Assembly: GCA_013265495.1 (NCBI GenBank)
Contig: MU058337.1
Span: 2,386,686-2,450,685 of the forward strand
Direction: 5' to 3'
DNA length: 64,000 bases
Origin: Vicugna vicugna
Taxonomy: Eukaryota
Part shown: positions 24,311-37,508 of the stretch, piece by piece
Position numbering within the stretch: position 1 is the stretch's first letter
How the letters are laid out: each line of letters opens with the position of its first letter
Position numbers and translations under genes: made by a program
Notes under the pieces: model-generated
The model's database searches: none
The model's input: the letters and a program-made list of their open reading frames with translations, nothing else
Told to the model about the DNA's origin: nothing

Positions 24311-26908
24311 AATATACAAAAGGGATCCTAAAACTCAAAACTAGATTTTTAGCCAATGCATCACTTTTTTTAATGTTTAATACAGAATTAAAGTTTAAGG
24401 ACCCAACATCAACACAAAGAGCATTTGTGTGCTTCTCTTGGATGTACAATGAAAAATAAATATCACTATTTCTGGAGTATCCGTAACAGCTTTAAGACGA
24501 TGAAATCTGACACGTAGACGCATCGTTGGACAGTGTTTTGCATTTGCTTTGCAGTTTAACACATTTCTCAATTTGTATTTCAGTGAGTGTCCTTTTGGGG
24601 AAAGATATCTTTGTCTGTTAGTTTTCAAGAAAACATGCAGTTCGACATGCCTCCTAGTCACATCTATCTCCTCCTCGCCTTCTGCAGACAGAAGATAGGC
24701 CCGTGTCTGCGCCACTACTCTCTGCCGTCAGTGTGCTGGGGACGGTGTTCCCTGACCAGTGTGAAGGCCTTCATACTCTGGTCAAATTTATGTGAATATT
24801 TATTATTGCCCATTTGTTTCAATGTTTGGTTTTACTATCTTTACTTTAGATGATAGCGACTGAATTACTCCCTCTGTAATTTTGTGAGATTTCTAGGAAA
24901 GTAGCAGTTATGGGAATTCCACACTGACTTCTGGACCTCACGCAAGAGTAAGGGCACTTGGGCCAGAAGGCCCGGAGTCGCCCTTACCCCATGTTTAGCA
25001 GAAGTGCCCTAAATCTCCTGGAGCAGGACTGCATACCTCAGCACCATGGAAGACCCCGAAGAGCAGAGCTGTGTTCAACAAGAGACCACAACACACACAT
25101 ATTTAACGCGATCTCATGCAGTCATATAATAAGTTGAAAGATTAAAGTTCAAAGGAACAAGATCAGGAAGAGAAAATGACGAGGAGTGTCACGTGCACAG
25201 CACAGCTGGTGCAAGATGGCCTGTGATGTCAGCTACCCAGGGCCAGGGCCTGGGGTCTGTCTGGGGTCTGAGATGCTGCTGTTAAAAACCCCTAAAACCT
25301 AAAAGTGCTAATCTGAATGGTAAAAACTTAAATTGGAGGGGTACAAAATCCATAACTTAAATTATATCGGAGGGGGCAACCAAATTCAGAACCTACATAC
25401 AATTTTGAAATGCCTTCAAATTATTAGCCTAAACACTAAAATGAGCTCTTTAGAAATGACTTGCATCCTAAGTGCTGTTTATCCAGGCAGGCCATATACT
25501 GCAGACGTCCCTTGTAGAATGCAGAGTTAACATTCAAATTGAAAAATCAGGATCTTAATCCATCAGCATTGTGAACAGATTTTCTAAAACCCCTTTTTTT
25601 CTTTTTATCTCCTTATCCTTTTGGAAATTAAGTTGATGATAGGCACAGCAAATAAAATAATGGCCTTATGCCACAAGAATAGAAATCATGTCAAATTTCA
25701 TTCATCCTCTTGTGTTATCTCCACAAGGCGGAGGGGGCAGGCTGGCAAATGATTTGAATGAGCTGCTGTGGTTTTTACTTATTATTAAAATTTATTACAC
25801 TTTTTTTTCCCCAAATGCAAATGGGGTTTAAAGTTGATGCTGCTTATCTTATATCTGTTAAGGCCATTGCAAGTTCTGTTTTGTTAAATTACCCCTTTCT
25901 TTACTTTCTTATCCATAAAGTCCTCGTCTAGACCCTGGCTAACTAATATATTTAGATTAATGAAATGTCTTTCTCCTAGTGCGGTGGACTTTCTGGCTTC
26001 CAGCCTTTCTGACTTTGAGCTAATCCTGCTCTTCTGTGTGATCCAGTCCAGAAGGGATAAATGATCACAAAAGACTCGGTTTGACTCCTCAGCACTTAAC
26101 GTGACTTGACTCCAAGTACATCCGTGCTCTTGCCTTATTTCTGGCTGAGATATTCCATTTTTCAACGTCTCATTCATTCATTCCTCATTCTTTCTTCACG
26201 ATCCCTTTTGATTTGATCTCTGTACAGAGAATGGTTCTTCTAAGCCTACCCTATATTTTGTGCCGTCTCACACCACAGCACACCCTAAACAGGTATCTAC
26301 AGAATAATTCCCTCATTGAAGGGAGTTTAATGAGTGAATGTGGCCTGACTCCCAAAGATTTTGCTGACCCGTTCTTGCCAGTCTTGTCTGTGTCGCCTCC
26401 CACGTCCTGTGGCGCTGCGTTGCTGTAGTGTGTGAAATCTACAAGATGGTTCTACTTCCTCTCCAAAGAGCCTTCACCCCATGCCACTGGCTCTGCTGGT
26501 ATCCTTGGCACTGCCAGCTTAGGAGATGAACCTCATAGCGCCTGTGAACCCCATGTGCTCAGCAGTCAATAAAGAGCAGTTTATTCCTAACCCTCCACTT
26601 CAAGAACTTTGTGTAAGCATTTCCCCGAGGGCCCACGAGGAATGTTTAAAACAATTTTTAAAAATTCTCCAAAGATTGTGACTAAGTACATAGGACCCCA
26701 ATTTTGGTATTGGCTTTGTAATCTTAAAAGCTTTCTTATCTGTAAGATGCCACAAATAAACTTGTGTCTCACTTCCTTGTTTTGAATGTTAATTAAAATA
26801 ATGAACATAAACTGTACAGCACTGCTCGGCACACTATGAAATCTCCATGGATGGTTTTTAAAGCTCATTTCAAATGCAATTATTATTTACAGCTTAGAAT
26901 AATGGTAC

Positions 26909-27425
26909 ATAGAGGTAGCATGATGTTGTGGAATTTGTGAGCTGAAGATCTGGGTCTGACTTTTATGTCTGGTGATTTATAGAAGCAGACTTTTGGGTAA
27001 GCCATTTAACCTTAGCTGTAAAATAAAGGTATTAATAGATCTATCACAGGGTTCTTGTGACAATGAAGTGATTTCTTTCTTTTCTTCCTTTTTAAAAAAA
27101 TTTAAATAATTTTATTTTATTCATTTAACTATAGTTAATTTACAATATTGTGTTAGTTTCAGGTGTACAGCTTCACAGCTACAGATTCTTTTCCATTATA
27201 GAATATTTTTGTAGAAAAAAATTCATGATTTAAAAAAAATTTTTTTAAATTGAAGTACAGTCAATTACGATGTGTCCCAGTCATGCATATATGTACATAT
27301 ATTCGATTTTATATTTTTTTCAATAAGATTCTTTTCCATTATAGGTTATTACAAGACAGTGAAGTGGTTTCTTGAGTAGGAAAATGCTTCAGAAACTGGT
27401 AAGTGTTATGTAAATGTTAGTTATT
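26909..27425 (+). mobile_element. MIR SINE interrupted by an L1 insertion at 27078-27354
   Basis: gaggtagcatgatgttgtggaa...tgggtaagccatttaacct...cacagggttcttgtga, resuming after the L1 as aaaatgcttcagaaactggtaagtgttatgtaaatgttagttatt. Confidence 0.75.
27078..27354 (-). mobile_element. Two nested, short 5'-truncated L1 3' ends
   Basis: Outer copy: tatagttaatttacaatattgtgttagtttcaggtgtacagc...ggttattacaag, TSD gaca(a/g)tgaagtg(a/g)tttctt at 27059-27077 and 27355-27373. Inner copy: attgaagtacagtcaattac...gtcccagtcatgcatata, flanked by agattcttttccattatag at 27183-27201 and 27326-27344. Confidence 0.8.
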
Positions 27426-28370
27426 GAAATATGGAGTCATTACTGATCTTACGAGAGGACAAGTATGTGAATTTTATGTATAATTTTTACTCAATTACAT
27501 TTTAAGTTTGGTCATAGAAGCAGAAATTGCCACTGGTAACAAACATAAAGGAAGAAAAAATACTAATGAAGTTGGAAGTCCTATTAATTTGATAAGGCCT
27601 TTAGTACCTTTCTTTGCTTTGTTGTTTTGAAATTTCACTGCGTTGGAGTGTATGATACTGGTAACTGTGTTAATCACTATGCGTCAGCGAAATTTCAGTT
27701 GTTTCATATGCTTTATGAGTCTACAAGTCATTATAAAATGGTTTATCATTTTGAACTTAACTATAAAATAGTGTTAGACAGTGTTTCTTTTCTATTCTGA
27801 TAACACCAAAATAATCTACACTGTGCCTTTGTCATATTTTTTACAAACAAAAAAACAATCAAAATTTTTTATTTCAAAATCAAAATAACCTGTTTCCCTC
27901 AATATCATCAAATTAAGTTTTCTTTGCATTTGTGAGTTTTGTTTTGTTTTTTTAGTTCTGGGAACAGATACAAAGTTGCTAAAAGTCACCTACACCTAAG
28001 TTCATGTTGTTTATGGCTTTGTAGATTAAAAACAACAAAATTGAAATTATGTATCTGGCAATTTAAATACTGAAAGCGTACATTGGCTAATTTTTCAAAT
28101 GGATGTTTTATGGTCTTTGATTTAAGAACGTACAACACTGAAGTGATTAAAAATGGTTTGCTAGAGTGGATGATATGAACCGCTGGGTAGATTAGTGAAG
28201 TCACCCCATTTCTCCAACATGCTCTCCAAGGGCAAGTTGTTTTGGATCATGATGGGTGACCACAGTGAACTTATCTCGGACTTGCTTTTTACATACAGCA
28301 TGTGGCCATGTGTAGTCATCAGTACATCCTGGTGATTAATGTCTGTTTTAGTAAGTTTGATAAGAAATTC

Positions 28371-28386
28371 TGTGTGTGTGTGTGTG
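28371..28386. repeat. (TG)n microsatellite
   Basis: tgtgtgtgtgtgtgtg. Confidence 0.9.
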
Positions 28387-28544
28387 CACTCAACATCTTA
28401 CCCAGCTCATGGGAATTCATATGTATCTAAATATACAAATTACCGTTAATTAAAAAGTGGGAACATTTTTTCTATGATTGTTAGTTCTGGACTTAGGCCC
28501 AGAATTGACATCTTCAGGGCTCTTTTTATTCATCTTTGATAATC

Positions 28545-28735
28545 GTAATAATGAGCATACCACTGATAACTAATACTTGCTGAATATATTTTTAATCAGA
28601 ACTCTTCGAAGTAATGTCCACCCAGAATCTCAAGTTTCACAATTATCCAAATAGGCGCTTTCATCCAAATAAGACGCTGTTGTTTTTCCTATTTGATGGA
28701 TGAAGATATTGAGGCACAGAGAGGTTAAGGAAGCA
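28545..28735 (-). mobile_element. MIR SINE (antisense)
   Basis: cctatttgatggatgaagatattgaggcacagagaggttaagg. Confidence 0.7.
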
Positions 28736-31700
28736 ATTTATGAAGGGTTTGCCGTGAAATCATTTTGAGCAAAATATCACCCTTTGTCAATGTGCCAAGT
28801 GTTTTGAATTCTCCTCAGTTTTATTGTCTACCTCCGGTTACTCTTGCTTTTATGAGTGTTCTTTTGAATAAAAACAAGTTTGGATGGATGAAGTCATTAA
28901 TTTAGTGCTCATTAATGAATTGATTATAAAAGCCCCTTGAGAAGCTCAGAACACTGGATGCCCAGAAGAGGCAGAGAGAACTGTTGGGGGTGAAATGGGT
29001 TGAAATGAGCAAACTGGGCCTGATGCTCTATTCAGTTATTTCATACACGTGGTATATTATGATCTTTCTACATTATGTCCAAAAAAAATGGAAAACTCAA
29101 ATCAGTACAGATTTAAAAATCACACACATCACGGTAACCTGCACGAACGTCTCGCACGCTTCTGGATGACACACAGAGGTATTGTCTGCAAAAGCAGCAC
29201 ACGGGCCCAAGGCTGTCTGGGGACATCACGCTGTTAGAAAGTACAGCCATGTTGGAAGATGTTAGTTTCTCCACATATAGAGTTTATAAACTCTCCGGGA
29301 ACTTGTGATAATTAGTTGGGAGTTTTTATAATAATTTTGAGACAAAATAATAAGTGGAAAGGGATGCATTTATAGGTGCATCCAATTCCAAAAGAATTGA
29401 AAAATTGGAACTGTGTGTGCATGTGTTTATGCTTTAGTGAAATATGCATAGAGAATGAAAAATTTTCGTTTTAAATTTGAATCTTTCAGTCTAGCTTTTG
29501 AGCTTGTTTCTCAAAGGAGCTGTCACATTCAGAACTTTAAGTATAAAAGTCAGCTCCTCATGGGTTCTTTTGTTAGGGCAGTAATTCTTGTGGACATATG
29601 GAAAATGATTTTCTGAGTCATAGAAGTCAATATCTGATAAAATGGATTTAGCAGAAACTTTCCAAATATTCACCTTTTGGCAAAGGCTAAGCCTGGAGGG
29701 TTTAAAGCCCAAAAGGAGAACTTTTTGAAAAAGTTATGAATGAAGCAGTACTAGTTTATTATGGAAATACAATTGTAACCGAGCACTATAATGTGTCTAG
29801 ACATAGGGAGCTGGGTTGCCAAAAATGAGGTGTTCTAGCTTTAAAATAAATCCTCATGGAAAGTGCACAAGATGTTACACGGTGAGAGTTCTACCAAAGA
29901 CTCATGTGTGCCCCTGGCACCAGCTGGAACTTGCTGCCCCTTTGGGATGGGATTCTAATAGGTAAGTGGGAGACTGAGATAATGTTCGTTGGACATAAGC
30001 ATGAGTCTGGGAGGGAAAAAATAACGTGTGAAGAAAAATGGTTTCAAGAAGTGTAATGATTATTGTCACTTTCTACTTTTATTAGTATTTCTTTTGAGGG
30101 TTTTTAACAAAAAGTTACTGCTGTGTGACTATTTGGGGAGAAACTCATCAATGATCAGTTTAGCTGTTCAGCTTCTTTCCCTAACACTTTTTTGGGGGGG
30201 AAAGATTCTATTGCATTTCTTTAGATTCTCAGCGGTTTTAGAATAAAACCAAAGGCAAATGGTCTTCAAAGGCCACAAGCATGGCAAGTCATAAAGGAAT
30301 TCCCTAAGATTCAGAATAGAAGTTGAATATCTTTAAGGATATTGTCTCCACTGGAAAAAGAAACCCACAAATTAATGCGCTCCTTAAAAAATTCTCATGC
30401 CTGTAATCAAGTTATGATTAATTTCAAGACTGTATTTTGCAGAGTTTGATTTCCTGGCAGTCTGTTCTCTGAGGCTGCAATTTTCAAGCATGAGTGTGTG
30501 TGTAAGTGTGTGTATGTAAGATATCCAACAATCTAATGCACTTCCAGCTACTTCTTTTTACAAATGACTTTATAAGACCTGAAAGAAGAATTATTCTCTC
30601 GCGTTCTTCAAACCACTTCCATCTCTGTCTTCAGAGTCAAATGGAGCTGTCTTCATCATTTTTACGTATAGACTTTCCGCAAACACTAAAAAGAATGATA
30701 ATCGCCTAATTATAAATTCACTGTTAATATAGCCTTAGAACTGAGAACATTGCACTCCAGTAGTTAATTTAGTCCACGGTAAATTCTCACTGTTATTTAA
30801 TACCATTTATCACCTGCTGTTTTGTCTTACGGAGAACATCCTGCCTGCCCCGCACTGTCTACAGTACACGGACCTTCTGTGACTTTAATGTGCTCGAAAC
30901 AAAGCCTCCAAAGGGCTTCTATTGGGAGGATTTTGGCAACTTGCCTTAGGGATATTCAAGCCATTTTGCTGCCTGTCACTCAGTTCTGTACAAATTGAAC
31001 TCAGAGGAGAGGTAAAAAGGGTCTAGGAGGCATTTTTTTTTCTGGGAAGAATATGCTAATAAAGCATCATCAGCAGGAAGCAGGCTGTGTCTGAAAGAGT
31101 TTTGTCAACTCTGAATTAATTTTGTGTGTTAAGAAACACGGGGTGCTTCCAGAGCCGGTCTGTGGTAATTAATCCTTCCTGTTTCTGGAGGAACAGCGCT
31201 GTAATAAATGCAGCCCAGATTTAACAGATGTGTGCACACAATGTCTGCTTTATGAGGAGTAAAACAAAATGATGGGTACAGAACAAAAAAATATTGATTT
31301 AAAAAACTAAAACAGTATGGAAAGCGCGAAGCTTGGAATTCCCAGAGTTTATGCAAATATAGTATTCCTTTAAATGTTCACAGACAACGTGGTTTGAAAA
31401 CATCTGTCCATGGAGTTGGATGCTGTGAAGAGACTGAAAAAGACAGATGTTTCTTGTTCCTTAGAAAATTGAGTTAAAACATTGCATGCAGGCGGATGGT
31501 ACAGGATGGAGTCTGCTCTTATCTAGGTGTGGTTGGCTTTGGACCCAAGTGATCGAAGAATGACCTCATTCTGGGATAAATCTCTCATTATCCTCTTCCT
31601 TATTATTATTTTCTTTTCAAAATGCTTTGTGAAGGAAAAAAAATTCAAATTATATTACCTGTACCTATGAACACAGTGCTTGTGTGGCAATTTGAATGTT

Positions 31701-32882
31701 GTCAGGAGCAAAAGAGTTTGCCTTTCAAAATTGGGCGTGCAAATTGCACAGCCAATGCTGATAGCTGATATATTCAAATATAAGAGTCACATAAAGGTGA
31801 AAAGGCAGGTTGACATGGTGGTCATTAAACAAATCTACATTGAAAGAGCGTTATCAGTTCAGGCCCACCAGAGCAATCGGGCCCCTTAGTTCTTTCTCCC
31901 TCTTCCTTGTTTCTTTCCTTTTTTTTTCTAATCTCATTAAGCTACCCCAGCCACGCTGGCTAGGAGGCAGGGGTCTGATATGGTTAAGTTAGTATGGAAT
32001 AATGGAGAAAATGTCCAGTCTGTAGTAACTGTTCCGACAGGGCACGCGTTAAACAAATTTTTACACGCCTTTTTCTGCTATCACGAATATGTCTTAAGTG
32101 TATATTTAAAGAGTCAAAATCAAAATTTTAGGGCCTAACGTGGGGAGCATATAATAAAATCCAGCTCTCTTCCTCATTGCCTGTAGCTTGTCATGTAGTG
32201 CAAATACCGAAAACACTTTAACTCACTTTCAATGAAATGTATTACTTACTTCATGCAAAGTAGAAGTTCCTAAAGGTTTTGGCAATATTAGCCCATGGAA
32301 AAGTGATTTCAAAAAGTCAGTCTGGGTTAACTCTCTACATTTCACATCCATTTCATGCAGGAGCCTTCTATTCCAAAGACTTTCAGCTTTTACCAGAGTG
32401 TTTTTTGCCAGATTATTTAGTATCTTGTGTGGAAATTCTTTGATTAGCTGTCTTCACATTACCAAGAATTCAGTAATTTAATTCTTGTTCAAAGTTGTTG
32501 GTATATTTAGTGAAACAAAAGACTAGAAGCTGTGATCCTCATGGAAAGAACAATGCAACTGAACAAACCTGCTTACCTTAGGCATGTGTTCTCTTAGCGT
32601 CTAGTTGATGAAGGCATTCATGGAGAATTTGGGTCAAGAGTTATCTATACCTTCACATGGTTTAAATGAGGGCTTAAACCACCTCCAGAGTTAACTCATG
32701 GACCATTTCATCGTTTTAAATTAGGTATTAGATCATTCAAATATAATGAAGTTCCATATACTGTATTTAAAAATTAGATTTTGATAGCTGCAAAAAATGG
32801 GTTTTGAAGAATCCAAATTTCTCAAAAAAATGTATCCACAAAAGCAACCTTTGTGCTTTTCTGTAGTCTAAAAATATTATAT

Positions 32883-33392
32883 TGTTTCCAAGTCCAAACT
32901 TGTTCTGTTTGCTGCAGGACAGGCTTATAAATCAGGAGATGTGGTGTTGGGGCAAGGAATAACAACTTTATTCGGAAAGCCGGCAGGCCAAGAAGATGAG
33001 GAACTAATGTCCCAGAGTCCTCTTCCCCAAGTCAGCATTCAAGCTCCTTTTATACTACAAAGGGAGGGGGTGTGGTTGGTTGGTGCAAACTTCTTGGTGT
33101 TGGAATCCTTTGTTCTTGCAGCCGGCCACCAGGTCAGGTCATGATGTTCCTGAAAACCTCCAACAAAACAAATGTTATTCTCTGTTCTGCAACTTTCTAT
33201 CTCTGTATGAATGGAAAAGTGTTATACCCTTGAAGGTCAGAGCCTTGAGAATGGGCTTCCTACATATTTCAGGCTCTAGGCAGCATTCTTTCACAAAAGG
33301 TGCAGAACCAACACGACTAAGCACAGAAAACAGAGGGTTAGAGTTAAAGGAGCAGAGCTAATATGGAGTTGAATTTCTTCTTCCCTATTACA
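32883..33392 (-). mobile_element. Solo LTR, ERV1-like (510 bp)
   Basis: TG...CA termini (tgtttccaagtccaa...ccctattaca). On the minus strand a TATAAAA box (plus ttttata ~33047-33053) precedes an AATAAAG poly(A) signal (plus ctttatt ~32966-32972). Confidence 0.85.
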
Positions 33393-33413
33393 GTGTTATT
33401 CTTGAAAGCTTTG

Positions 33414-33530
33414 CTCATTCATTCAATCAGTACGTTTTGAACTTAAACTTGTGCTTAGAAAAACCACACTAGACATGGTGCAACAGAAAAATAAAATCAG
33501 TGCCTGCCCTTGAAGAATGTGTAGTCTCTT
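33414..33530 (-). mobile_element. L2 3' end (antisense)
   Basis: ctcattcattcaatcagtacgttttgaac...tgcctgcccttgaagaatgtgtagtct. Confidence 0.6.
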
Positions 33531-36500
33531 CTGGCTGGCTCCTCGGGCATTTTACATTGAATTTATGAAATATAGTAAGAGGATCAAGACCCAGGAAAAA
33601 TGATTCAGATTTCACCAACTGACAGGACTTGGGCTGATGGAGAATTGTTCCAAAAGGAAGGACCAGCGTATATGAAGGCCTGAAAGATCGTGTTTTCTCA
33701 AAATAATTTCAAGACATGCCTTACCAGGAACTTGGGGTCTACAAATCCTCATCCAAATCTCACTTTTTACTTAGTGCAAAGAACTCTGCAAATCAGAGAC
33801 AAACACCCCGGAATTTTCTTTGTACAGAACAAAGATGCTAATCACAAGGCCTGTTTTGGATCAACATGGTACCAGATGTAACTATGGCCCAGTGCATCTC
33901 AAAAGTTTCCAAGGAACTTGGAAATACAGCTGAATGGCAGAGAAAGCGTAGGAGTCCAGGGTCATACCGGGGAAAAAGTTAAAGCCTGCCAAAGACATCC
34001 TCGGGATCTTGTCCATCACTTACTTAAAACCTCCTGTGGGTCTGGGGGAGGACGGGCCAGGTTTTCCCTGAGGCATCTCAAGCCCTCTGTTCACCAATGA
34101 GTATCATCTCCAGAGTTTGGGAACTTAGTTGGACAGTAATGTCATTTTTGCACAATTTCTTTTTTTTTCAAACCACAGTCTGAAGTAAAATCCTCTGGGA
34201 GGTGCCAGGGCCTCACCTCTACAAATTCTGATTTTCTAAAACATTCAGATCCTCGGAAGAGATTCTGCTTGAGAAGTGGTTAGTGAATTTAGCGGGTGCC
34301 ACTGAGTATCATGATGATGATTATGATTATTGTGGTAATTAACGTTAACAACTCCTGATGGTCATTCTGATGCAACTTGTATTCAGGAATCACTGTCTTG
34401 CAATACAGAACATCAAAGCTGTCTTCTTCCGACTTCCCTAGAGTTCGGATGTGGAGATGGAGTGGGATGATCCCCCAAGTCGTGGCTGAAGGCAGTGCTT
34501 GCTTTGTTGTTGTTTGATTGTTAAATATAAGAATGTTACCGCCTCTTAAAGCTATTCTCGTGATTCCAAGGCAACCCCAGTGGCCTTACCCATCTTTAAT
34601 TTTCCTAACGTTTTCAAGTTTCAGCATTCTTGAATATAGCAATTATGTGCATTTTATTTATTTCATCTATGATATGATATTTGGGAGCTGACGATAGGAT
34701 GAGAAGGTGAAAAAATATAAAGCTAAACATATTCAGAACTGGACTAGAAGTTTAAGATTTGATATGACACATACCATATTTTAACCCATATTTTAACATA
34801 CTTACTCAATTTTGATTTGGTTCCTACAATGTCAGAGGTTATACTTAGTATGTAACATCTCCCCCCTCAGCGTGTCCGTGACATTTGAACCAATATTGCC
34901 TAGAACATAAAACTGAAATGGTTATGTATTTTTTTTTTTCAAAATGGCTGTTGAAATCGGTTTCTAAAATCCTGCTAATTCTTCTGCCATCTTGAGCTGG
35001 GGATTAGCAGTGGCGTGTGAAACTTTCAAAATGTTTAAAAATGGAGACAGAAGACGTCCTCTCCAAATTGTTATCAGGAAAAGCCAAAACAATATTGTTA
35101 TTAAGCCTCACAGGACGTCGGGAAGCAAGAGCAAAAGAGTTAGTAAATCTATCAAACGCTCATTACTCTGCCCTCCTGCTTGGGGACGTTCTCAGACCCC
35201 ACCCGTGGCTCTGCGGTAACGTCCCCCAGCGACTGCATCAGGCAACAGCGCTAATGAGATGCTCAGAAACGTGCTTATCTCTTCTCACCCATCGTGCTGG
35301 AGCTGGGATAACATGGACTGAATGAAAAAGTAACCTCTGGGAAGCTAACATTTCCCAGATACGAAGTTAGTGAGGGCTTTGGAAGGGTTTGTTTGAAGAA
35401 TCAGACAAAACGTGACTCCACGTAGGAACAAACTTGTCATTCTGCCCATCTGCCTCCCTAGTCCCCAGACATCCACTCCAGCCCACTCTGCTTGGGATAA
35501 ATCAATTTGTCAGGGCGATTGAGCACCTATGTGGTGGGATGTTCCTGGTAATTAAGGTTTATAACTGCAGCTGTTTTTGTATCATGGCTTTTAACCTTAT
35601 GTTGGTGGGGGAAGCCATCCTTAAAACATCTGGGCGCCGTGCTGAAACAATAGCATAGCTTCGGCAGTAATCTTGTATAATTTCTGGTGAATAGTAGGGT
35701 ACGTTTAAGCAGCTCTAATGGAGTGAACAACACTGTTTTAAAGGGCTTTGATCATTACTTATCTTTCAGCTGATTATAGGACTCTGGTTGGAAGCGCTCA
35801 AAGGATTTTTAATTTTGAATCTCTTTATGTCTTCAACCTAGTGATGACACTAATTTCCCCTGCTGCCTGTGAAAGGAAGCCTAGATTTGTCCTCAGACTT
35901 TTTTTGTTCCTTATGTCATGTCTTTTGTGTATGCAGATGGGGCTGATTAATTCCAAGGCCTTTGCCACATTAAAAAATAATTTAAATAACTAGACGGGGT
36001 AAAGACAACCGAAGTGTTTCTGTTTAAGGAGAAAACTAACAATACAAATATAGAGCCAATTTTTATTTCTTCTAAACAAAAATGATGCTGTTCATGTACA
36101 AATGGAACCTCTGTACCCCGGAGATCGGAGCATTTTCTGAATTAACCACCTTTTCCTTTTTCTTTTCTTCGAGAGTCACAAAAAAGAGAAAAAGAAATGT
36201 TCACTTAACAGGTTTGAAGTGAGCAGAAAGTGCTATAAAGGGAGATGGTATGCCCTGCCTCCCAGCGTCAGTCTGTCACAGGACAGAGTGATGGTGTGTG
36301 AAGGAGAGGAAGCCTCAGAAGTGTGTGTGTCCTGTGATCATTACAAAGAGAAGCAACTCAGTAGAGGTCTTACAGAAGTTAGTTTTCTTAAGCCATGGAA
36401 GCGTGCCTCCTGTAACAATTAAGCAAGTGTCTACAATGGACTTTCTTCTTTTTGCCATTGTATGTTTTCTGAGCTATTTATTTGATGACAATTGTATGAC

Positions 36501-36631
36501 CACGTTGCAGACTTTAATAGAGCATTTGGTGACCTAGGCATAGCAACATTGGTTACTTTTTCCACAGCTGAGTATTCAAACCCACCGCCTGCATGCAGTA
36601 GTTCGGCTCCCTTGTTGAGGGGGGCCCTCAA

Positions 36632-37032
36632 TTGTGTTTATCTCAGCTGGAAATAATTTCCTGGGTCTGCTGCCCACTCTGACCTTCCATGATGGGGCCA
36701 AGTTTCATCTGGTCTTGGCTGGGCAGCAGGGAACAGGCACTTGACCTAAGCCTTGCCAATCAGAAGCTTAGGACTAGGACTCTGAGCCTTGAACTACTGA
36801 AGCGAGGATTGAGGGACATGACAGAGCTCAGAGACACCACAGTGGTGGCAGCTTCCCTCTGCCCCCAGGGCCAGCCTGAGCCCTCACCTGGGCTTCCTGC
36901 CACCTGGCCCCAAGTCCCACCCATTCTTGGATTACTCTACAACTTTCCAATAAATTGGTTCATTTATTTGAGATAGGTAGATTCAATTTTAGGTGTGTAT
37001 TATATCAAAAATGATAACTCTATAACTGACAT
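36632..37032 (+). mobile_element. Old ERVL/MaLR LTR (LTR16 or late MLT1-like)
   Basis: ggcacttgacctaagccttgccaatcaga, ttccaataaatt and terminal taactgaca; family not resolved. Confidence 0.55.
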
Positions 37033-37343
37033 ACTCTGGTAAGCATAGGAAACTGGGCTGTTTTAATCAGATTTCTTTCTATTAGATAATTGTTTGAAAA
37101 TTGCAGTTCAAAAGTATTAACTTGTGATACAAATTAATAGACTGGAGCATAATGAAACTATCGAAAGATAGTTAAAAAAACCCCTAAATGTTCTATTAGC
37201 TCTAGGCAAATTTGGACAACAGCATTATTGTTGCTGTAACGTGACAGTTAGGAACTCAGAGGTGAGAAGGGGTCAACCTGGAGCTCCCAAGGAGAACCAA
37301 GTTCAGGCCTAAGAGTTGGAGATGAACTGAGGCTTGATGTGGG

Positions 37344-37508
37344 TCTTTGCTTCTAGAAGTGTGGTCTGGGCACCAGCACCATCAGCATCATCTGGGCCTC
37401 GTTAGAAACTCAGACTGCTGGCTCCTACTCCAGATGTACGGAATCCACGGCTCAGTTTAACAAGATGCCTGGTTATTCGTGTGCACATTAAAGTTTGAAA
37501 TGATGGTG
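37344..37508. mobile_element. MER5A (hAT-Charlie MITE)
   Basis: aagtgtggtctgggcaccagcaccatcagcatcatctggg...gttagaaa...tttaacaagat...tgcacattaaagtttgaaa. Confidence 0.85.

Noticed and set aside
34992..35325. 75-aa and 102-aa ORFs in unique sequence
   Set aside because: No recognisable homology or convincing splice signals; length is within chance expectation.
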